This document shows positions 1-7,229 of a DNA stretch of 59,737 bases, one piece after another (positions within the stretch are counted from its first letter, which is position 1; each line of letters starts with the position of its first letter). This stretch comes from a virus, in IMG/VR virus record IMGVR_UViG_3300018411_000028, positions 1 through 59,737 of that record; one strand, written 5' to 3'. The translations under genes and the position numbers were made by a program. The notes beneath the pieces were generated by a model. It was given only the letters and a program-made list of their open reading frames with translations. It was not told the origin of the DNA and searched no databases.

Positions 1-123
1 GTGGTATAAATGTTCAAATGCGATTATAGAAAAAAGTGTGAAGGATTCACTAGCGAGTCTATCTACTGTATGAGCTGGACTGAGTGCCAGGGGTGCGGAA
101 TTTGGAAGCTGTTCTCTAGGGGA
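1..123. repeat. Terminal direct repeat, left copy (identical to 59615..59737)
   Basis: Bases 1-123 (gtggtataaatgttcaaatgcg...ctgttctctagggga) recur exactly, in direct orientation, as the last 123 bases of the window. Confidence 0.95.
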
Positions 124-156
124 GAAATAAAGCAGTACAAGAAAGTGATAGATTGA
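10..156 (+). CDS. Small Cys-rich protein, 48 aa (below ORF-track cutoff)
   Basis: ATG 10 directly follows the conserved GGTGGTATAA motif, seen complete at 59614-59623 in the right repeat. Product MFKCDYRKKCEGF...CMSWTECQGCGIW has 6 Cys. The same ORF opens at 59624. Confidence 0.5.
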   Translation: MFKCDYRKKCEGFTSESIYCMSWTECQGCGIWKLFSRGEIKQYKKVID

Positions 157-308
157 GCCAGTTGTATAAAAACTGCTGTGAGTACACTAGAGTATGTGAG
201 GCATACTCAGAGTACGCTTTTACGTGCAATAACGATAGAGGGTGCTGTGCAATCAGAGAAAAGTTTTTAAACGGAGATATTAAAAGTTTTAAACTGTTTG
301 AGAAGTAA
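153..308 (+). CDS. Small Cys-rich protein, 51 aa, tandem paralogue of 10..156
   Basis: TTG start overlaps the previous stop (gaTTGA). SQLYKNCCEYTRVCEAY...CNNDRGCCAIREKFLNGDIK mirrors the Cys spacing and the G(E/D)IK tail of the upstream product. Confidence 0.35.
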   Translation: MSQLYKNCCEYTRVCEAYSEYAFTCNNDRGCCAIREKFLNGDIKSFKLFEK

Positions 309-446
309 CTTTATAAATATCAATAGTCTTAAATAGAAATACAACATATTACTGTATCCTTTTAGTGAGAATGTTAGCTTGCTAAAAGGATATATAAAGT
401 GGTGGTAAAATGGTAAAGAAACAGATTATTATAAGGAGTGTGTGAC

Positions 447-3389
447 ATGGAGAACGACAAAAAGCCTTCAAAGGCGTTTAGTGAAAAAGTCAAAGCGTCT
501 ATTGATTTGGTTTCACTTATTGGAAAGTCTGTTTCTCTGCATAAGGAAGGTAACGAATGGTACATGGGCGCGACCTCTGCAAGCAGTGTGAGTGGGAAAT
601 CGCTTAAGGTAAATTGCAGAGAACAGTACTATAAAAACTTTGCAACGAATGATAAAGGGGATATCTTTAATTGGATTGCATATGCTCATAACCTTGATAT
701 TACTAAAGACTTTCCAGAAATTCTTAAAATTGCAGCAGAAGAAGCAGGTATACCCTTTGAAGGAGTAACAGAAAAAGATATTGCAAATTCTGCGGAAGCT
801 AGAAAAGTACATGATGCCTTAACACAGGCAGCAGAAATTTATCATGCTAATCTTACACCTGAACTTAGGGCATATGTAAAGAGTAAGTGGGGAATCAATG
901 ATAGTACAATTGACTCTCTGAAAATTGGGTATGCAAAGCCAGGCAACGGTAGCAATCTAATTAATGTGATTGATGATGAAACTTTGTTAAAAACAGGACT
1001 TATAAACATTGTGTACTCTAATGATGACACTAATACTGCAGTAGAAATCTTCCAGGGTAGAATAGTATTTCCGTATTGGAATTGTGGCAAAGTTGTAAAT
1101 TTTGCTGCAAGAGGATCTGAGAAGGATAAGGAAGGAAAAGTAAAAAATCCTGAAGAGCAAAAACTTCTCAGAACACCTGATACGCCTTACGAGAGTGCGA
1201 AGTATAAAAAGCTATTAGTACACAGTGAAAAAAGACCTTATGTTAACAAGTCAATTAATAACAGATACCTCTTTGGTGAGGACTCAATACGAAAGCAAGA
1301 TTATTGTATTATTACGGAGGGTATTGCAGATGCAATAATGCTTATGCAGAACGGTATTCCTGTGCTCTCACCTGTTACTGTTCAGTTTGCAGAGAACGAC
1401 CATGATAAGCTTGTTCATGCTGCAAGGAGATTGAAAACTGTTTACATATGCAATGATAACGAGCTCTCAGGCGCAGGAGAACACGGAGCTATTAAGACAG
1501 CTTTACTGTTAAAAAATGAAGGAGTAGATGTTAAGATTATTCTGCTGCCAAAAGAGAATCTGTCTAAAATGGATGTTGCAGAGTACTTCTTGAGACACAC
1601 TAAAGAAGAGTTTGAAAAAGTAAAGGACCAGAGCAAAGACATACTGGTTCACCTGCTTAACAAAGTTCAGCCTAGCACTTGCGCAGATGCGACAATTGCA
1701 AAAACTGAGAACTTTAAGAAGGCGGTAGAATTTACAGAAACAGTATTAAAGAGCGTAACTAATGAGGATGAGGTTACATTATTTATAAGAAACAACATTA
1801 AGAACTACTTTGACAAGTTCACGACAGATGATGTAAAAGCAATAACAAGAGCGTATAAAACGGCTGTTACTGATTACAGTAATAAAAATCCTGACAAAGA
1901 CAGTAAAATGGTTTTTGATCTGGATTCTGAAACAGGTAGAAGCAGTATGACAAGGATTCTTGCAAGGGAAGTCATGCAAAAGAAGAACGTTAAATATGTT
2001 GCAGGTATGTTAAGGATTTATGACGAAGGCATTTACCCTGCTAATCCAATGGCAATAAAGAAGTTGCAAAAAGAGATCCTGGTACTTGCAGAGGAAGAAC
2101 ATAAAACTCCTGCAGTTGAAAAGCACGCCAACAGTGTTATAAAAGTGCTTGAGATACTGAACTCTACTGAAGAAGTAGACTGTAATTGCAGTGTTGATGA
2201 AATTGCAGTAGGAAACGGAATATTAAACATTAAAACATTTGAGTTAACACCTTTCACACCTGAGAAGGTGTTCTTCAATAAATTACCTGTGGACTACGAG
2301 CCGGACGCGCCAGAGCCTAAGTTATTTCTGGATCTCATGGAGAAAGTATTCAAAGGAAACGAAGAACAGTATAAGTTAATGCAAGAGGTTTTTGGCTTCT
2401 GTCTGCTGAACAACTATAAATATCAATCAATTATCTACATGTTAGGTGATGGAGGAAACGGAAAAGGAACAGTTATAAAAATTTTAACATATATGCTTGG
2501 AAATGACGCGACTTCCTCAGCTACCTTGAATCAACTGACGGACCATACTAATGTAGACTACTACCTGGCTCAACTGCATGGTAAGCGCGCTAATATTTGT
2601 GGTGATATTGGAGCCAAGAAAGTTGAGAATACAGAAAACATTAAAAAACTATCTTCAAACACTGATAGAATTAGCGCGAGGCTGCCTTATGGGGTGCCTT
2701 TTGATTTTATCAATAACGCAAAATTGATATTTGCTCTGAACAAAATGCCTAAGAAGGATGCATTTACAACAGGTGACAAAAGGAGAGATGTGATTATCTC
2801 ATTTGTGAACCATATTTCTGACACAAAAGAAGATATAAAAGGCTTTGCGGAACTGATAAAAGAATCTGGAGAAATGTCTGGTGTGTTAAACTGGGCAATT
2901 GAAGGACTAAAAAGGCTTGAGAGAAACCAGAAATTCACTGATAAGAGGACAGTTGCAGAAAAGGGTTTAGAGTATGATATGAAAAGTAACCCTATGAAGT
3001 ACTTTGTAGATGATTGCATAGAGGAAGATAACCTGGGTGGTTCTACCCCTAATGTAATAGTCTATGAAGCATACAACAAGTACAGGAAAGTCCATGGTAT
3101 GCCTGAGCTGTCGGAACAAGAAATTAAAAACGGTTTGAAATATTGGTGTGCTCAGGTTGGTATAGTTGTAGCAGAGAAAAAAATCCGTACAAATAAACTG
3201 TGTGGGTTTGTTACACCTGAAATTATGGCAATGCTGGGGGATAAAAAACAGATCCATACATTCACAGGAATAAAACTTATGGAAAATGAGGAAGGAGAAG
3301 AAAAAGGACTAGATACCTTTGCAAATGCAACACCCACTGAAGAAAAGACTTCTGTGCTAGACGATTTTAAAAATGCTCTGTGTGACTAA
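447..3389 (+). CDS. Primase-helicase fusion: DnaG-like N-terminal domain + Toprim + D5/P4-type SF3 helicase
   Basis: The N-terminus aligns with the DnaG zinc-binding domain (IDLVSLIGKSVSLHKEGNEW...YYKNFATNDKGDIFNWI). Toprim: CIITEGIADAIM and YICNDNELSGAG. Helicase Walker A: MLGDGGNGKGT. ATG 447 is preferred over GTG 438 because AAGGAG lies just upstream. Confidence 0.9.
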   Translation: MENDKKPSKAFSEKVKASIDLVSLIGKSVSLHKEGNEWYMGATSASSVSGKSLKVNCREQYYKNFATNDKGDIFNWIAYAHNLDITKDFPEILKIAAEEAGIPFEGVTEKDIANSAEARKVHDALTQAAEIYHANLTPELRAYVKSKWGINDSTIDSLKIGYAKPGNGSNLINVIDDETLLKTGLINIVYSNDDTNTAVEIFQGRIVFPYWNCGKVVNFAARGSEKDKEGKVKNPEEQKLLRTPDTPYESAKYKKLLVHSEKRPYVNKSINNRYLFGEDSIRKQDYCIITEGIADAIMLMQNGIPVLSPVTVQFAENDHDKLVHAARRLKTVYICNDNELSGAGEHGAIKTALLLKNEGVDVKIILLPKENLSKMDVAEYFLRHTKEEFEKVKDQSKDILVHLLNKVQPSTCADATIAKTENFKKAVEFTETVLKSVTNEDEVTLFIRNNIKNYFDKFTTDDVKAITRAYKTAVTDYSNKNPDKDSKMVFDLDSETGRSSMTRILAREVMQKKNVKYVAGMLRIYDEGIYPANPMAIKKLQKEILVLAEEEHKTPAVEKHANSVIKVLEILNSTEEVDCNCSVDEIAVGNGILNIKTFELTPFTPEKVFFNKLPVDYEPDAPEPKLFLDLMEKVFKGNEEQYKLMQEVFGFCLLNNYKYQSIIYMLGDGGNGKGTVIKILTYMLGNDATSSATLNQLTDHTNVDYYLAQLHGKRANICGDIGAKKVENTENIKKLSSNTDRISARLPYGVPFDFINNAKLIFALNKMPKKDAFTTGDKRRDVIISFVNHISDTKEDIKGFAELIKESGEMSGVLNWAIEGLKRLERNQKFTDKRTVAEKGLEYDMKSNPMKYFVDDCIEEDNLGGSTPNVIVYEAYNKYRKVHGMPELSEQEIKNGLKYWCAQVGIVVAEKKIRTNKLCGFVTPEIMAMLGDKKQIHTFTGIKLMENEEGEEKGLDTFANATPTEEKTSVLDDFKNALCD

Positions 3390-3412
3390 ACACACAGGTA
3401 TTTTTTTTTAAT

Positions 3413-3830
3413 TTTAGAAAAGTATCTTAAAAGCAACTTTTAGCACATTTTCAAAGAATTTCAGAGAATTTTCTGGAACTTTTGAAATATTTCTCCTGTG
3501 ACAGGCAAAAAGCAGTTTGTGACAGGTCATGTGACAACCCCTTGTGACAGGCAAAAGCAGTGTGAGGGACAGGTGTGACTACTAAATTAGTGAAATAAAT
3601 AGTATAGTAGTAAAAATAATATAATATATTTTGATATACCCTCTTTCTCTATAGAGACTCCTATGTAAAAAAAAGTTGTCACACTACGCGTTTTTACGCT
3701 ATGCAGTGGCTTGGGACAGCAGCCTAACCTATTTCCGCTTATCGTTTTTAGCAGACTGATACTGTTTTAGGTTGTCACAACTCAAAAGCCTGTCACACTT
3801 TTAGTTTAGAAAAGTATCTTTAAAGCAACT
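3413..3830. promoter_or_regulatory. Candidate replication origin: opposed iteron arrays around an AT-rich core, bounded by 26-nt direct repeats
   Basis: TGTGACA occurs at 3497, 3518, 3530 and 3543, with variant TGTGACT at 3574. Reverse-complement TGTCACA occurs at 3677, 3773 and 3791. An AT-rich stretch spans 3581-3640. tttagaaaagtatctt(a/t)aaagcaact occurs at 3413-3438 and 3805-3830. The region lies immediately 3' of the primase-helicase gene. Confidence 0.5.
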
Positions 3831-4136
3831 CTGGAGTTTGCACAGGAAATTAACAGGTAAAATAAAATATTTCATTTATCTAAACTTCTAATCATTTGAT
3901 ACGTCTAAGAATGTCAGACATACAAACATACCAACTTTGTTTATTTTCTTTACTGTGGGCTTCTCTGTAAGCCTCATGCAACTTTAGAGAGGTAAACCTA
4001 TAGTTTGATCTTTGACAGGCTAAAGTAATATTTTCAGGCTGTAACAATAGTAAGTAACAACGTTTAAATACAAGAACAGCCTATTATTCTGTGTAAGGTG
4101 GTATAACTGAATAATAAAGTTAATGCAGAACAGAAA

Positions 4137-4382
4137 ATGAAAAAATTAAGACAGTTAGAACAATTAGAACAGTCAGTGCTTAGAGAGCGAACTTTAAAGG
4201 AAAGGGAGCAATGTTCACAGCCTTTTAATCATTATGAAAGGTTGTATCATGATATAATGGCTGACATAGAAAATCAGAGAAAGTGGCGTGATGATCACCC
4301 TGAAATGGTTTTAGAAGGGTTAAAATCAGAAGTTGCAAGACTTGAAAGAAAAATTGCACGTAAAAACAAACAGATAGAATAA
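4137..4382 (+). CDS. Small charged coiled-coil protein (81 aa)
   Basis: LEQLEQ and EVARLERKIARKNKQIE heptad-like sequence. GGTGGTATAA at 4097-4106 is followed in frame by CTG 4107, so the real start may be 4107. Confidence 0.6.
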   Translation: MKKLRQLEQLEQSVLRERTLKEREQCSQPFNHYERLYHDIMADIENQRKWRDDHPEMVLEGLKSEVARLERKIARKNKQIE

Positions 4383-4397
4383 GTTAAGGTGGTATAA

Positions 4398-5978
4398 ATG
4401 ATAGAACTGAAAATAGATAATGAATTTAGAGACTTGCTTCCTCCTCTTACTGAGGAAGAGTACAAAGGGCTTGAAGATAGCCTTTTATCAGAAGGGTATG
4501 ACGAGACTTTACCTATTATTGTCTGGAAAGGACATGGAATAATAGTAGATGGGCATAACCGTTACGGGATTTGTCAGAAACATAATATTCCTTTTGTAAC
4601 TGTAGAACGTGAATTTAACTCAAAGGGTGATGTTACAAAATGGATGTGTGATATCCAGTTGAGTAGGAGGAGCCCAAACAAGAAAAAGAGGACTTACATT
4701 ATTGGTAGACGGTATTTGATAGAAAAGTCTAGTGTGGGTAATCCGAACGGGTTTTCTCAGATCTCCCAATTGCCCCAAAATGGGGCAATTGGGGAGAAAG
4801 GAAGAACATCAAAAATCATAGGTGATCAATTAGGTATAGGTAAAAACACAGTAGAACGCGCAGCCGACTTCACGCAAGCAGTAGACACAGTTGTAAGAGT
4901 CACAGGCTGTAAGGTAAATGATCTTTTGGATGATTATATCAAAGGAACCATGGAAGAAATTAACAAACTTGCAGAACTTGACGAAGAAACACAGAAAAGA
5001 ATAATAGAACTTGTGCCAGAAGAATCTGCAACAATCGCACTTGCACTTGATAGAGTAAACAGCGAAAGACGTGATAGACTTCTCAGAGAAGCTGAGGAAA
5101 GAAGGATTGCAATGGAAGAGCAGCTTAAAAATGATCGTGAAAAGCTTGCATTTGCAGAAGGTGAACGTCTAAGAGTTGAGCGTGAGGAACGCTTAAGACT
5201 TGAAAATGAACGTCTTGCAAAAGAGCATGAAGAGCAGGAAAAGCAGAAATTTGCAGAAGCTGAGAAAAGAAGGCTTGCAGCAGAGGAAACAGCTAGAAAA
5301 GCTGCAGAGAGTGCAAAAAACGCGGAAGATTTTGAACGCATAAAGAGAGACAAAGAAGAACAGGAAAGAGTAGAAAAAGAAAAGCTGCGAGAAGAGATAA
5401 AGAAGCTCCAGGAACTCAGACAAAGGAAACTTGAAAATATGCTTCTTGAGCAGAAACGTGCAGATGACGCAATCTTAAAGAAAGCTTTGCAGGAGCAGGA
5501 GTGTAAGGATAAAGAAAAGATAGCTGCTGTGAAAGTAGAAATTCCTATAACTCCTTACGATCCTTACATAAAAGGTATTAAAACAGTTATGGGAGAAATA
5601 ACCCTTAATGCGTGTAAGAAAAAGTATTCTCTGTATACAGTAGGAGCACAAAAGGAATATGAAGAGGACAGCACTTTAGACAAAACATGGTCTGGCAGTG
5701 TATGGCTTGACACATTAGGTTTAAAGGGTGACTCTAAAAGCTACATTGAAAAATTAACACTTGATTATCAGGAAGGGAAAATAACAGAAGCTCTTGCAGT
5801 TGTAAGAAATGATACAGGTGCTGAGTGGTTTAAGCATGCTGTAAACATTGCAAAAGCTGTTGTGTTTCCTCTTAATGGTGAATTGAAGAATCACGCTTTA
5901 ATATACTTTGGAAACAACACAGAGACATTTATGAGTGTGTTTGAAAAATTCGGGTGGGGAACAATTCTTAAAAATTAA
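4398..5978 (+). CDS. ParB/sulfiredoxin-like N-terminal domain protein with long coiled coil and degenerate Dam-like C-terminal domain
   Basis: GGTGGTATAA-ATG start. LLPPLTEEEYKGLEDSLLSEG...IIVDGHNRYGICQK is a ParB-type box. The middle third is Glu/Arg/Lys-rich. C-terminal WSGSVWLDTLG...TGAEWFKH...VVFPLNG resembles a phage Dam-type fold but has no (D/N)PP(Y/F) motif. Confidence 0.75.
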   Translation: MIELKIDNEFRDLLPPLTEEEYKGLEDSLLSEGYDETLPIIVWKGHGIIVDGHNRYGICQKHNIPFVTVEREFNSKGDVTKWMCDIQLSRRSPNKKKRTYIIGRRYLIEKSSVGNPNGFSQISQLPQNGAIGEKGRTSKIIGDQLGIGKNTVERAADFTQAVDTVVRVTGCKVNDLLDDYIKGTMEEINKLAELDEETQKRIIELVPEESATIALALDRVNSERRDRLLREAEERRIAMEEQLKNDREKLAFAEGERLRVEREERLRLENERLAKEHEEQEKQKFAEAEKRRLAAEETARKAAESAKNAEDFERIKRDKEEQERVEKEKLREEIKKLQELRQRKLENMLLEQKRADDAILKKALQEQECKDKEKIAAVKVEIPITPYDPYIKGIKTVMGEITLNACKKKYSLYTVGAQKEYEEDSTLDKTWSGSVWLDTLGLKGDSKSYIEKLTLDYQEGKITEALAVVRNDTGAEWFKHAVNIAKAVVFPLNGELKNHALIYFGNNTETFMSVFEKFGWGTILKN

Positions 5979-5995
5979 TTTAATTGGTGGTATAA

Positions 5996-7159
5996 ATGAA
6001 AATGATTGAATCTTTAACTAATAATAGCACAGGTCACAAATGTATTGTGATAACGGTAGGGAATCATAAAGGAGGGTGTGGAAAAACCACTCTCTCTTAT
6101 GCACTGGCAGTTAATGCATTTGAACAGGGTAAGCGTGTACTACTGGTTGATATGGATCAGCAGGGCACACTTGGAAAACTGTTTAATATTGATGGGAATG
6201 ACTACAAATATTCAGATTACACGCTGTCAAAAATGTATAACAGATGCCGTAATATTAAAAGTCATACTGTTGCAAGCACGCCCTTGCTTCTATGTGAAAG
6301 CGAAGATCCTACCTCAAAGGCTTCCGTATCAATTATCTTAGGCGACCACGGTTTAAAAGATGTTGTTGAAAATACTGAGGAAATAAGAGGGCAAGCTGAG
6401 ACCGCAGAGTGTTTCAGAAGAATTATAGACAGTTATAGGCTTTACTTTGATTTAATAATATTTGACACTACACCTGTGATTGAAAAAGTCAAAAGTTGTG
6501 TACATGCCTTAGCAGTATCAGACTGTATAGTAATGCCTGTGGACGCTTTAAAAGCTGTAGATGAAATAGATCAGACAATGCAGGCAGTTACTAAGTTTAA
6601 TCAGAAAGATCCTAACGTGCTTATCGTTTGTACAAAGTATAGGAAAGAACCTTTATACTTTTCAAGAATGTTTGATGAGCAGTGTAGAAAAAATAATGTG
6701 CCTATGTGCATTAAGTACGTTAAGTCAAAACATGTGCCAAGGGTGGCAGGGCATGACGAACGCAGAAACACTTATTACAGAATTTTAACTAAAATATTTC
6801 CTGATAATATGTGTAAAGTCGGAATACCTGACCAGACAGATATAGAAGTAAATTCCTACACAGGTGCAAATAAAGAGAATAGAGAGATTATAGATGATGT
6901 GTGTAAAGAAATCCTTTTAAAAGCTTGCAGTGGTGCTAAAGGGGAAATTGAAAACTTATGTAATGAAAAGGTCTGGAGCAGTAAGCGTGAACTATTAAAC
7001 AAATATTTAGAAATAGTTCATGAGTATAATGTTAAAAATATGTGTATTAAAAAGGATGCAGTAGCTTTTAAAACGTCTGATAAATTATCAGTGGTTTTTG
7101 ATACTGAAGCAGTCAACAGAAGGGTAGCTTTAGAACGAGAGGCACACAGAGACAGATAA
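5996..7159 (+). CDS. parA: ParA/Soj-type partition ATPase
   Basis: GGTGGTATAA-ATG start. Deviant Walker A GNHKGGCGKTT, then LLVDMDQQG and IIFDTTP. There is a C-terminal extension beyond the usual ParA core. Confidence 0.85.
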   Translation: MKMIESLTNNSTGHKCIVITVGNHKGGCGKTTLSYALAVNAFEQGKRVLLVDMDQQGTLGKLFNIDGNDYKYSDYTLSKMYNRCRNIKSHTVASTPLLLCESEDPTSKASVSIILGDHGLKDVVENTEEIRGQAETAECFRRIIDSYRLYFDLIIFDTTPVIEKVKSCVHALAVSDCIVMPVDALKAVDEIDQTMQAVTKFNQKDPNVLIVCTKYRKEPLYFSRMFDEQCRKNNVPMCIKYVKSKHVPRVAGHDERRNTYYRILTKIFPDNMCKVGIPDQTDIEVNSYTGANKENREIIDDVCKEILLKACSGAKGEIENLCNEKVWSSKRELLNKYLEIVHEYNVKNMCIKKDAVAFKTSDKLSVVFDTEAVNRRVALEREAHRDR

Positions 7160-7229
7160 CTATATAACCAATAACTCCAAATATAACAGGCTCACATTAA
7201 CGAGCCTGTTAAATAAAATGGTGGTATAA

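Noticed and set aside
1-123. Terminal repeats as inverted terminal repeats of a linear protein-primed genome
   Set aside because: The ends are direct, not inverted, and the polymerase is family A rather than protein-primed family B.
4934-5423. Minus-strand ORFs (139 aa, 76 aa) inside the ParB-like gene
   Set aside because: Low-complexity Ser/Leu/Phe shadows of the Glu/Arg/Lys coiled-coil coding region. No RBS.
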